The position numbers and the translations under genes are program-made. DNA of 64,000 nucleotides from a virus, in the IMG/VR virus record IMGVR_UViG_3300032223_001943, positions 32,001-96,000 of that record, one strand, 5' to 3'. Below the pieces are notes generated by a model. That model made no database searches, was not told the DNA's origin, and worked only from the letters and a program-made list of their open reading frames with translations. The first letter of the stretch is position 1. Every line of letters starts with the position of its first letter. Shown piece after piece: positions 9,762 through 19,198 of this stretch.

Positions 9762-11103
9762 TTACCAATTCTTCTGGTTTTTGTATCGGTTGTGTTGTTT
9801 GAGTTGTTGTACCACAAATTGTGTTAATATCCGCATCAGTAAATGAAGATCTACCTAATTTAGATGTAACGGCACCTTTTGTTTCCGGTCCAAATAAACC
9901 ATCCGCTGTGATTCCTAAACACCCTTGCGCTTTACGAATAACTTCAGATTTACAATTTTGTTTATATGTTCCAGTACATTCAGTGAATTGTGATTTTCTT
10001 ATCGGTGTTGGAGTAATAGTTCCACCACCATTATTTTCTTTTTTAGGTTTTTCTTCTTTTTTAGATTTGACTTCTTTTTTTAATGGATATTCTTCACCAT
10101 TAAATTCAACAATTAGTTGATTCCCATCACACTCCCACGTACCTTCAAAATCACCATTTTTTGCGGTACCGTTATTTCTTAAATAAAGTTGACCCGCTAA
10201 ATCTAATGATGGGACACCTGTTTTACCAATTAAAAATGATAAAACGCCACTACCTTGATCAAAAATTCTATTAACTTTGAAATTTTCATATCCAACATAA
10301 TCAATTAAACATTGACTCCATTGTTTTGGTTTATCAGTAAACCAATTTCTCCATAAATAGATTAATAACCAACCACCAATACCGTAAGTTAAGACTTTTC
10401 TCCACCCTAATTTTTTAAGGTATTCTAAAGTTTTAATCCCTTGTTGACGTGCGAATTTTCCAAATCCTTCCCATTTACCTTTTTGAGTGGTTAAATTTTT
10501 TACTTCTTCAACTGAATTAATTTTTCTCGCTTTAGTTATATCTTCAACTTCTTTAGTGGTATTAACACCTTTAGTTTTTTGACCTAATTGACTTCCTTGA
10601 AGTGCGTCAGCCAACATTGTTTCAACTTCTTTTTCGGTGATACCAAATTGTTTGTAATAATTTTGTGCTGTAGATAACGCTTTAGCGTCTGCTCCCATGA
10701 CAGCACCATTAGGGTAAACTTTTTTAGCTATTTCAAGAAATGATGGTGATTTACTAATCATCCCTTTTAATTTAACAGCAATTTCAGGTGTTTTAGCCAA
10801 ATTTTTACCAATATTAATCATTTCGGCATTATTTATCAACGCACCTTCTTTACCCACCCCCTCTAAAGCTTTAATCAATTCATCTGCGTTATTAAAACGT
10901 CTAAACGTAGGTATTTCATTCTTAAATGTTTGGAATAACCCTTTTTCGGTACCTAAAACATCTTTAAAGGTTTGAGCGACAGTTTTAGCAACTTCATTAG
11001 CTTGTTCAGTTAAAATAGTGTTATCATAATTTTCTGTTAATGTACTTTTCATATCATAGTTCATTAACAACTTAACTCTATTTAATATTTCTTTTTTATC
11101 CAT
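9733..11103 (-). CDS. Membrane-spanning protein with C-terminal peptidoglycan-binding-like domain
   Basis: TM segment YGIGGWLLIYLW; C-terminal AQGCLGITADGLFGPET resembles PG_binding_1. Confidence 0.6.
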   Translation of the reverse strand: MDKKEILNRVKLLMNYDMKSTLTENYDNTILTEQANEVAKTVAQTFKDVLGTEKGLFQTFKNEIPTFRRFNNADELIKALEGVGKEGALINNAEMINIGKNLAKTPEIAVKLKGMISKSPSFLEIAKKVYPNGAVMGADAKALSTAQNYYKQFGITEKEVETMLADALQGSQLGQKTKGVNTTKEVEDITKARKINSVEEVKNLTTQKGKWEGFGKFARQQGIKTLEYLKKLGWRKVLTYGIGGWLLIYLWRNWFTDKPKQWSQCLIDYVGYENFKVNRIFDQGSGVLSFLIGKTGVPSLDLAGQLYLRNNGTAKNGDFEGTWECDGNQLIVEFNGEEYPLKKEVKSKKEEKPKKENNGGGTITPTPIRKSQFTECTGTYKQNCKSEVIRKAQGCLGITADGLFGPETKGAVTSKLGRSSFTDADINTICGTTTQTTQPIQKPEELVNDEPSTDEV

Positions 11104-11104
11104 T

Positions 11105-12340
11105 TTATAAATTATTTAATTGATTTAATAAATCATTATTAATTGTATTCGCGATGTTGGGATTACTGATTATTTTATCCGCAATATTAGTTCGTTTAAT
11201 ATCTTCTTTTTCTTTTTGGTATTCACCATATGTGCCAACACCACCAACTAAACCAGCAGTAGTTAAACCAGTTTTAAGACCTTTTTGTGTTTTTGTTGCG
11301 GTAGCCATTGATTTAATACCCAACATTTTATTTAACATATTACCAATTTTTGTTAAAAATCCACCTATTGACCCTAAAACATTATTAATGAATTTAGACC
11401 CTTTTGGGAATTTTGACGATATTGATGAACTAATTTCACTTAATTTACCAGGAACTTCAGATAACCCATTTTTCATTTTTGTTAAAATCCCTTTTATTGT
11501 TGGATTTTTAGATACAACCTCAACCATTTCAGCTTCAGTACGAGCATTTGTTAATGGTTTAAGTGCTAATCTCGCCGATTTAGCTGCAACTCCTGCGAAA
11601 ACTAAACCAAGAATATCAACCCCTAAAAATAATAGACGTTGCCATAATGGTATATTTTCTTCATAATTCCCACTAATTAATTCGTAAACATCTGTAGCAA
11701 CAACAATCCCCCATAATACAGCTTGAGCTACTTTACCGATACCTGTTGCTACTAAAATAGCATCCAGTATAAGTCCAATTGGATTGTATAACGCTGAACG
11801 TATTTTTCTACCCAAATAAAGAAGTCCTTTACCTATTAAACTAAAAACTTCAGACCATTCACCTTTAGATACTCTATTAATTAATTCTTCACCCCCCTCA
11901 ACTGAAGTTTTAAGAAAATCCTGAAAACCTTCCCAACTTGATTTACCGGTGTCAACCGCCCATTTCTTGAATGATGACCATAACCCTTCATTTAAGAATA
12001 TTTTAAGATCTTCTTTAATTAAAGATAAATTTCTAGTTTGTTCAGTTAATATAAAATTATTCAAGGTTGAATTAATTTCTTCTTTAATGAATTTTGGTAA
12101 AGAAGATACGTTGAATGAATATTGTAGAAAAAACTTAAGATTATCAAAATTTTCCCAGATATTCCCTAATTTAGTTTTATTTTCTATATCATAAAGTTCA
12201 TCTAGGAATACAACATATTTTTCATCTGGTGATAACCAATCAACAATTAAGGTATCATTATTAAATGAACCGTTCACCCCTAACTTATGTTGGGATAAAA
12301 TACTTGTTTTATCGGACTCACTTAATAAAAATTTTTTCAT
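11105..12340 (-). CDS. Hypothetical protein with Gly-rich hydrophobic hairpins
   Basis: LLSESDK leader; several hydrophobic helices. Confidence 0.65.
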   Translation of the reverse strand: MKKFLLSESDKTSILSQHKLGVNGSFNNDTLIVDWLSPDEKYVVFLDELYDIENKTKLGNIWENFDNLKFFLQYSFNVSSLPKFIKEEINSTLNNFILTEQTRNLSLIKEDLKIFLNEGLWSSFKKWAVDTGKSSWEGFQDFLKTSVEGGEELINRVSKGEWSEVFSLIGKGLLYLGRKIRSALYNPIGLILDAILVATGIGKVAQAVLWGIVVATDVYELISGNYEENIPLWQRLLFLGVDILGLVFAGVAAKSARLALKPLTNARTEAEMVEVVSKNPTIKGILTKMKNGLSEVPGKLSEISSSISSKFPKGSKFINNVLGSIGGFLTKIGNMLNKMLGIKSMATATKTQKGLKTGLTTAGLVGGVGTYGEYQKEKEDIKRTNIADKIISNPNIANTINNDLLNQLNNL

Positions 12341-12579
12341 AATAATGTATTGGCTTTACCTCTAGTTATTTTATAACTATCACTCCATTTTGTATTACCG
12401 ATTTGATTGCCAGCACCCCTGGTGACCCCACTTTCCCATTTGGTAACGGTAGGATAATCTGGTTTAACGGCACTCGCGTCAGTGGATGTTTCACCACCAC
12501 CTTCTTGTTCCTCAACCTCGTCTTTAATTGGGGAATTGGATATATCGTTCATAAGTGATATTAAAAAATCAATATTCAT
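12337..12579 (-). CDS. Hypothetical protein
   Basis: Duplicated KW...TRG-x-x-N motif; overlaps next gene. Confidence 0.6.
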   Translation of the reverse strand: MNIDFLISLMNDISNSPIKDEVEEQEGGGETSTDASAVKPDYPTVTKWESGVTRGAGNQIGNTKWSDSYKITRGKANTLL

Positions 12580-12612
12580 TACTATAAATATGAATTAAGT
12601 CGAAAAAAGTTG

Positions 12613-12620
12613 TATATTTG
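12613..12620 (+). promoter_or_regulatory. Bacteroidetes-type -7 promoter element TAnnTTTG
   Basis: TATATTTG 21 nt upstream of the 12642 start. Confidence 0.6.
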
Positions 12621-12641
12621 TTAGAAATAAAACTATAAACC

Positions 12642-13142
12642 ATGAAACACATTTTAATCCTATTAACAATTGTATTATTTGGGTGTTCCAAATATGACCA
12701 ACCAAAAACATTACAGATAACTGGGGAATATGTTGTTGATCGTATTACAGTGTCCACGAATGGTAACTTATCATCTAATTATAAATACGTTTACAATCCT
12801 GGTGATGTTATGATTGACCCAAATGGGACGTTCCCATTGGATTCAATATCTGTTGGTTTTACAAAATGGATGATCACTTATTACGATATTGGTTTTAACC
12901 CCCTTCCAACACCAACTGGTAAAGTGGAGTGGTTAAATAGGTATTACTATAGAGTAACTAATCAAACGATACATGATTTGGGTTATATGGATATAACCAT
13001 GGGTAATGGCTTGAGAAGGGTATTTCATATCCTTGAGGATGGGTTTGAGTCTTTAACATTAAGAACTACTGGTCAATGGCCGAATGGGCAATATGGGGAA
13101 CAAATTTCAATGACCATTTATTTAACTAGAGTTGGACCTTAA
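12642..13142 (+). CDS. Putative lipoprotein
   Basis: Signal peptide with lipobox LFGC. Confidence 0.7.
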   Translation: MKHILILLTIVLFGCSKYDQPKTLQITGEYVVDRITVSTNGNLSSNYKYVYNPGDVMIDPNGTFPLDSISVGFTKWMITYYDIGFNPLPTPTGKVEWLNRYYYRVTNQTIHDLGYMDITMGNGLRRVFHILEDGFESLTLRTTGQWPNGQYGEQISMTIYLTRVGP

Positions 13143-13453
13143 AAGAATTCCACTTTTGGAACTCGTTCAGGGTATACCATATAATATTCGTTGAGGAATG
13201 ATATTACTTCATGCATTAGATTGTCATCAAACACACTATCGAATTGAAAATAATAGTTATCCCCATCTTCTTCATCATCTTCGAACATTGGGTCTTGGTT
13301 TAGGATATAGTCGTATGCCATATCCCAAACCTCCTTAACCTCAATATGATCTTGACGAATTTCGTCGTATGAATCGTTGATACATCTAAACGAAACGTCT
13401 AGGGATTGTGTGGATTCATTAATGAAATAAGTTATGATTTCTTTAACTTCCAT
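13139..13453 (-). CDS. Acidic hypothetical protein
   Basis: ORF with phage-like composition. Confidence 0.6.
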   Translation of the reverse strand: MEVKEIITYFINESTQSLDVSFRCINDSYDEIRQDHIEVKEVWDMAYDYILNQDPMFEDDEEDGDNYYFQFDSVFDDNLMHEVISFLNEYYMVYPERVPKVEFF

Positions 13454-13461
13454 TGAATGTT

Positions 13462-14091
13462 TTAGTAGTTTTTAAACCTTTTGAACATATCTAGGGTTTT
13501 ATTCACTTGTTCGGATAAGTCAATTACGATAACATCGTCATCTAATTCATCCGTTAACTCGTCCATATCAAAAGCGTAGTCCTCCGGATTTTCCATTGTA
13601 CCATGAATTAGGTCGTTTGGTCCATCACCAATCCCATCTTTTGGTGGAACTTGTTCAAAAGTTTCTTCAGGATCAAAATCCGCTCCAGCATAGAAATCTT
13701 CATCCAACTCAATATCGAATTTGGTATCATAATCAATTGCGTGTTTTGGCCAATCTTCAGATGGATCTTCTTCGTAATGAAATGGTCTTTTCGCCGATTT
13801 ATTGAAATGTTTTTTTATATCCGATTTGGCAGTTTTTTCAGCTTCCCCTGAAAATAAACCGGTGTCTTTATTGTCAAAACGCATTTCATTAATATGCATA
13901 TTTTTATATTCGGACACTTCACCTTTATTGTTTACAGTAATACCCCCTTTATCTTTTGCGAAATCTTCGATATATAATGGTTGTTCGTTATTTTGACCAT
14001 ATTCGGTCTTAAACCCATCATATATTTCTTTATGTTGGTTTTTAATTGCCTCACGTTCCTCGTTTGTCAATGTTAAAAAATATGCGTTCAT
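13462..14091 (-). CDS. Acidic hypothetical protein with LTNEE leader
   Basis: Leader motif; C-terminal LSEQVNKTLDMFKRF. Confidence 0.65.
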   Translation of the reverse strand: MNAYFLTLTNEEREAIKNQHKEIYDGFKTEYGQNNEQPLYIEDFAKDKGGITVNNKGEVSEYKNMHINEMRFDNKDTGLFSGEAEKTAKSDIKKHFNKSAKRPFHYEEDPSEDWPKHAIDYDTKFDIELDEDFYAGADFDPEETFEQVPPKDGIGDGPNDLIHGTMENPEDYAFDMDELTDELDDDVIVIDLSEQVNKTLDMFKRFKNY

Positions 14092-14118
14092 TTTATAATT
14101 GTTTTTTTATAAATATGT

Positions 14119-14439
14119 TTATTTTGTTTTGGTGGCAAGTTTCCAGATGTCTGTACTAGAAATTAAGGCTAAACTTGAAATTTCTTCACCAACATTGTCT
14201 TGATCACCATCATCCCAAAATACGACGTATTGGTCATCCCCAAATACATGACTGACAGTTTTAACGGTTCCCCAAGTCCCAGGTGATAACGATTCACCTT
14301 CCATATATAAAAGACGAACACGATCCCCAGGTTTTAATTTTTCATTTGCCATATTATTAATTTTTTCTATAAATATAAACCTTATTTGCCTTTTTTTGGA
14401 TTGTATCGTTATTAAATTTTTGATTATTTTCGTTTTCAC
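14119..14439 (-). CDS. Small SH3/KOW-like beta protein (start probably MANEKL, ~14352)
   Basis: LKPGDRVRL...GTWGTV...V-x-WD...SLAL pattern. Confidence 0.55.
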   Translation of the reverse strand: MKTKIIKNLITIQSKKRQIRFIFIEKINNMANEKLKPGDRVRLLYMEGESLSPGTWGTVKTVSHVFGDDQYVVFWDDGDQDNVGEEISSLALISSTDIWKLATKTK

Positions 14440-14583
14440 GTTGGAGGTGGGCTTGACCCAAACAACCGAATAACAATAAAATCCCCCAGATTATCAATAA
14501 CACCTTGATTAATGTTCGGTTGTTGTTTGACTTTAATTTTTCATAAGTCATAATATTTTTTATATATAAATATATTTATAATC

Positions 14584-15213
14584 ATGAAGGTGAAGGTTAT
14601 AATTAGTGAATCTCAAAAAAATAGAATAATAATTGAGTCCATGGGGGATCAAATTAAGGATGAATTGGAGGAAAAAAAGAAATTAATTTCTCGAATTTCT
14701 AAAGAGGCATCCGAACAAATAAAGTTCGACTTATCCATTATGTTGACCTTCAGTGCCCCGATAGCGGGGTTTATTGGACCATTGGAAGATTATCTTAAGG
14801 GTAAACACCATGAATTAACTTCCGTTGAAATATCACTAATTTTGTCTGGAATTATTTTTCAATATATTAAAGATAATAACGAAATTTTACGTAAAATTAA
14901 GAAAAAAATTAAGGATATGGGATTAACCGTTTATTTTAGAGACGCGTTAAGTAAAAGTGAAGAACTTAAAAATTCATTCTTAAACTTCCTTGAATCAATT
15001 GGTGTTAGTATACAAAAGACTTCCAATATCATGGGATTTACCTTCTTAATCCCAATCATACCATTGTTATACCATGGAATTCAGAATGGTTCAATCACAC
15101 CAGAAAATATTTATGAAATTGTTGAACGTATCGGATTATTTATGGGTGCAAATTATGGGGGAACAACTTTACGTGAAATTCTATCGTTATTAATTCGAAA
15201 ATTAAGACAATAA
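14584..15213 (+). CDS. Hypothetical protein with IISESQ leader and hydrophobic helices
   Basis: Leader motif; TATTTAT immediately upstream. Confidence 0.65.
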   Translation: MKVKVIISESQKNRIIIESMGDQIKDELEEKKKLISRISKEASEQIKFDLSIMLTFSAPIAGFIGPLEDYLKGKHHELTSVEISLILSGIIFQYIKDNNEILRKIKKKIKDMGLTVYFRDALSKSEELKNSFLNFLESIGVSIQKTSNIMGFTFLIPIIPLLYHGIQNGSITPENIYEIVERIGLFMGANYGGTTLREILSLLIRKLRQ

Positions 15214-16146
15214 GATTTCTATCACCCCATCCATTTCATCTTGATTCAATTTGTGGGTTGTTTTGTGTGTTTCAAACCATTTTTTAACCACTTCTTCATA
15301 TGGTACTTTTTTTAGTTTGGAAATACGTTGAAATCCTTTTTTTTGTGCGTTTATTTCGTGTGGTTGTGTGTAGTATGTAAAAGGATCTGTTGGTTGTTCA
15401 CCACCTAACTCAAACTCACCTGAATTATGTTGACTAACATGTTCCATTTCATGGGCCAATACTTCATTTAATTCACCCACCAAATCATATAGATTCTGGG
15501 TGATTGTATTTGGATTATAGTTAACACCGATTTCAATAACATCATCTTCAGTGGAATAATACCCCTCAACTTCAAACCCCTCAATATCTGACTTAACTAA
15601 CGTTAACTCAATACTATAGTTTATTTTTGAGTTTGAGAAGACATATTCAGGTTCACCATCAAGGTCTTCTGGTAGATAGAAATTCCCCTCACCATTTTCT
15701 CTAATGATCATTAAGATATCTTTAATCATTGTTCGTAGTGCTAAACGATTCATTTTGGCTTCAGTTAAATTAGTTTTTGGTTCATTTACTTCTGACGAAT
15801 ATATGAAAATATTTTCAATTATTATTGGTTTTATATCAATCATTCTAGTAAAAGATTCAACCTCCTCTAATAAACGGTGGTATATTTTTAGATTTTCAAT
15901 GGATTTGGTTATATTATAAACACCATTATTTTCATCATGTTTGGATTTAGTAAACTTCAACATACGTTTCAGATGATCGTTCGTATTAAATATGGTTACG
16001 GAACAACCATAATAATTAATAGCATTTTTTATTATCGTATCGTCCAATAATATGATATAATCAAAAGAAAATAACCCATCGTCATATTGATGGGTGATTT
16101 GTTCAAGTTTACTTGAAATTATTTGTAATAGTTTGGTACTTAACAT
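15202..16146 (-). CDS. Protein with C-terminal zincin-like (HExxH) domain
   Basis: LAHEMEH followed by YY...EINA. Confidence 0.6.
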   Translation of the reverse strand: MLSTKLLQIISSKLEQITHQYDDGLFSFDYIILLDDTIIKNAINYYGCSVTIFNTNDHLKRMLKFTKSKHDENNGVYNITKSIENLKIYHRLLEEVESFTRMIDIKPIIIENIFIYSSEVNEPKTNLTEAKMNRLALRTMIKDILMIIRENGEGNFYLPEDLDGEPEYVFSNSKINYSIELTLVKSDIEGFEVEGYYSTEDDVIEIGVNYNPNTITQNLYDLVGELNEVLAHEMEHVSQHNSGEFELGGEQPTDPFTYYTQPHEINAQKKGFQRISKLKKVPYEEVVKKWFETHKTTHKLNQDEMDGVIEILLS

Positions 16147-16418
16147 TATATTACATTAATTTTAATTTTTAACGATGATCCCCCTTTAATAACCCGGTGG
16201 TACATTCCTTCAGGTATAATATATTGTTTACCAGGTAATAATGGTTTTGGTAGTTCATTGTCAAACTGTATAAACCAACCGTCACCTTCGATCACCTCAA
16301 CCAATCTATCTTCACGATCACGATGCCATTTTAATTCTTCATCGTTCACTTTAGGTGTAAAGATACGCAATTTTTCGTTACGTTCATTAATTTTTTCTAT
16401 ATAAGGTTGTTTTTTCAT
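16146..16418 (-). CDS. Small cupin-fold protein
   Basis: WHRDREDR...IPEGMYHRVIKG. Confidence 0.65.
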   Translation of the reverse strand: MKKQPYIEKINERNEKLRIFTPKVNDEELKWHRDREDRLVEVIEGDGWFIQFDNELPKPLLPGKQYIIPEGMYHRVIKGGSSLKIKINVI

Positions 16419-16420
16419 TT

Positions 16421-17434
16421 TTACCAGTTACTTGAACTTTTTAATCCCAATTTTTTAGCAAATCTTCCGACGTTGCAGGCCCAGAACCCAGCAGTTGTTC
16501 GATCCTTCTTTTGATCACATTTATGCCTTGCTCTGAACGATTTTGCGGCCTTTTTATTAGCGTTCCTAACTCTTAAATTTGGGTCACCAAATGTAACCTT
16601 TTTAATTGTACCTTTTGGTGTTTTAACATATACCGCAAACTTTTTTGGTCCACCAGGAGTTCTAAATGGACTATTTAATTTCACTTTTTTCCCTCTATGT
16701 ATTGCCTCACCCAACATTTCATCTTCTTTTGGTGAATATTCATATATTTTATCAATATCAATTGGGTCAATATCAAACCTAATTCGACTTTTATCCATTG
16801 GTCCAACTAATCCGGTTGTGATAAATTTAGGTTCATTTGGGAAAATAATTGTTTCATATCTGGGGGTGAAAATAAAAAAATCAAAATCTAAATCCAATTT
16901 AGTCATAAAATGATTAACACCATCAATAAAAAAGAATTCATGTATACCACGATCTGCGGATTCACGACCAAGACCAAATCTATAAACATTACCCATAATA
17001 CAATTTTTGGTTATACCATCGTTGGTTAAAGAAAAATATTTAATAGACCCAAAATCCTTAATCATATCGACCTCAATTTCATCATCAAGTTTTAACTTTT
17101 GACGGATTTCATTTATTTCTTGTTCGTATTCTTCGTTGAGGTAGATTGGTACGTCCAACCATACTTGACGACCATCTTCAAGTAAAACTTTTTTACCCAA
17201 ATCCGATTCAACCAACCAAATATCATCTTCAGTTAATCTTATTAAGTTGTTATCATATAAATCACGAACTTCATTGATTAAAGCGAAATATTTGTCCGAA
17301 TATATTCTGAATACATTTTCAGATAATGTTAACCCATTCTCAAGGTGATACATTAATTCGTTCGATATATTTGTATTTTGACTTAAACGCATTATTGTTG
17401 TTTTATCATAAATATTATAAGATTTATAAACCAA
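16421..17434 (-). CDS. Phage protein with basic C-terminal KFAVYVK/FGDP/FRARHKC domain
   Basis: C-terminal domain resembles ones seen in large myoviruses (recalled, not searched). Confidence 0.6.
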   Translation of the reverse strand: MVYKSYNIYDKTTIMRLSQNTNISNELMYHLENGLTLSENVFRIYSDKYFALINEVRDLYDNNLIRLTEDDIWLVESDLGKKVLLEDGRQVWLDVPIYLNEEYEQEINEIRQKLKLDDEIEVDMIKDFGSIKYFSLTNDGITKNCIMGNVYRFGLGRESADRGIHEFFFIDGVNHFMTKLDLDFDFFIFTPRYETIIFPNEPKFITTGLVGPMDKSRIRFDIDPIDIDKIYEYSPKEDEMLGEAIHRGKKVKLNSPFRTPGGPKKFAVYVKTPKGTIKKVTFGDPNLRVRNANKKAAKSFRARHKCDQKKDRTTAGFWACNVGRFAKKLGLKSSSNW

Positions 17435-17485
17435 TCATAAATAATTCAATTAATTAAACTATTTATAAATAAACAATTAGTTATT

Positions 17486-17992
17486 ATGGCAAGAGTTATA
17501 ATTAGCGAAGAACAACTTCGTAAAATCATACGTAAAAATATATCCGAACAAGAAGTTAACCAACCACAAGAGTCACAACAAGAACGTTGTTTAACAAATA
17601 ACACAATTCCATTAGAACACATCGTTGGATTAAACGATGAATTCCAAAATTATACATCAAAATTATATAAAAGAAGTGGTGGTATTCGCGGAATGATTGA
17701 CGCATTAGATATATTGAGAACAATCCGTCTACATGACGAAATTAATGATAATGGTGAAAATTTAGCATACGACTTAATGAACCACCTAAAAACATTTCAA
17801 GGAAAAAATTATTTTGATGACACCACAAGTAAATGTAGTAAAGCGATCGATAAAGTAGTTGAACTATATAAAGAAAATGAACATGGTGAAGAACTTGTTA
17901 AAGATATTGAAAAAGTATTAGGTCATTCAGACCCCTCACAAAAAACCAAGGAGTATCTTAAAGCTTGCTTGGAAATTGTTAAAGGAAAATAA
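17486..17992 (+). CDS. Hypothetical protein with IISEEQ leader
   Basis: Leader motif; TATTTAT upstream. Confidence 0.65.
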   Translation: MARVIISEEQLRKIIRKNISEQEVNQPQESQQERCLTNNTIPLEHIVGLNDEFQNYTSKLYKRSGGIRGMIDALDILRTIRLHDEINDNGENLAYDLMNHLKTFQGKNYFDDTTSKCSKAIDKVVELYKENEHGEELVKDIEKVLGHSDPSQKTKEYLKACLEIVKGK

Positions 17993-18105
17993 ACCCCAAT
18001 TTAATTTGGGCAATTAGGACCGTTGTTGATTATGGCAACGAAAAAAGGGGAGGTTCGCTACCATCCCCTTTTGTATTTTAAACACTATTTATAATCAAAA
18101 ACATT

Positions 18106-18366
18106 ATGGAAAAATTAAAGTGGTTTTTCGGTGAAATAATGAAATTATATTCACCTCAAAAATCTTATTTCTCGAAAAAAAGAATTGAATCCGGAATCGC
18201 GTTCATCATCGCACAATGGGGTATGATTTATTACATGTATTCCAATTATTCAAAATTAACTATGGAAGATGTTGTCCTATGGGCCGGAGTTGAATTCGCA
18301 ATGGCTGGTTGGATGATACATAAAATCCAAAAAGAAAAAACTGGAACCGATTCTGAAGAAAATTAA
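18106..18366 (+). CDS. Small two-TM membrane protein
   Basis: Two hydrophobic segments and a charged C-terminus. Confidence 0.55.
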   Translation: MEKLKWFFGEIMKLYSPQKSYFSKKRIESGIAFIIAQWGMIYYMYSNYSKLTMEDVVLWAGVEFAMAGWMIHKIQKEKTGTDSEEN

Positions 18367-18377
18367 AATAATTGGGT

Positions 18378-18938
18378 TTAAGATAAAAACCCAATTATTT
18401 TTTCTTTAACACCGCATTGTTTGATACCTTCATTGTGTGGTCGTTTTGTTTGAACAAAATTTTCTAATTCAGATAAATCCATATCGTCAACCGCAACCCA
18501 GTGTGTAACTTCTGGGTGATCTTCCAAATATTTATTAACCTCCAAAACACGAATTGTTTCAATATCGATAGTTGATTTTAATAAATGATATTTTTCTTCA
18601 TCAAAATCTTTTAAGTTGGGGGTATAATCAATGGGGGGTTTAATCCCACGAGTAATATACATTTCCTTCATCTGTTCCAAGGTACCAGGTAATTTCCAAT
18701 CCGAAGAAATTACAAGTTCACAACCAGTGGTTTCAATAATATTGTTTAGAATTTTAATAGCCTTAAAATCAAAATTATCCATTCTAATATCCAATGGTGT
18801 TAAAGGGTTTGAATCAAAACCCTTCTTCTTAAAACGACTCCCCCATTGATCGGATAAACAAATTACACCATCGTGATCCAAAAAAATTATTTTTTTCATT
18901 TCTATTATTGTTTTTACGAAGATACGAATTATTTGCAA
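18378..18938 (-). CDS. HAD-family phosphatase, Swiss-Army-Knife RNA-repair type
   Basis: IFLDHDGV, VISSDW, WVAVDD. Confidence 0.8.
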   Translation of the reverse strand: MQIIRIFVKTIIEMKKIIFLDHDGVICLSDQWGSRFKKKGFDSNPLTPLDIRMDNFDFKAIKILNNIIETTGCELVISSDWKLPGTLEQMKEMYITRGIKPPIDYTPNLKDFDEEKYHLLKSTIDIETIRVLEVNKYLEDHPEVTHWVAVDDMDLSELENFVQTKRPHNEGIKQCGVKEKIIGFLS

Positions 18939-19198
18939 TCATTGTCAATTATCCTTGAGAAATATTGAGCAACTAAACCCATAATACCTGAAGAAAACCA
19001 GGCAATAGCTTCAGAAGTTAATCCGTCCAAGGCGATTGTTAAAAAACATGCGATAAATGAAACTACCGAGTTTAATGTAAAAATATAAGTTAAAATTAAA
19101 TTCAAAAAATTCTTCATGTTAAATAATAAAAGTTAAAGGTAATGAAAAACCCAGGATAATAAAGATTAACCTGGGTTAAAAAGTGAATTTATGACTTT

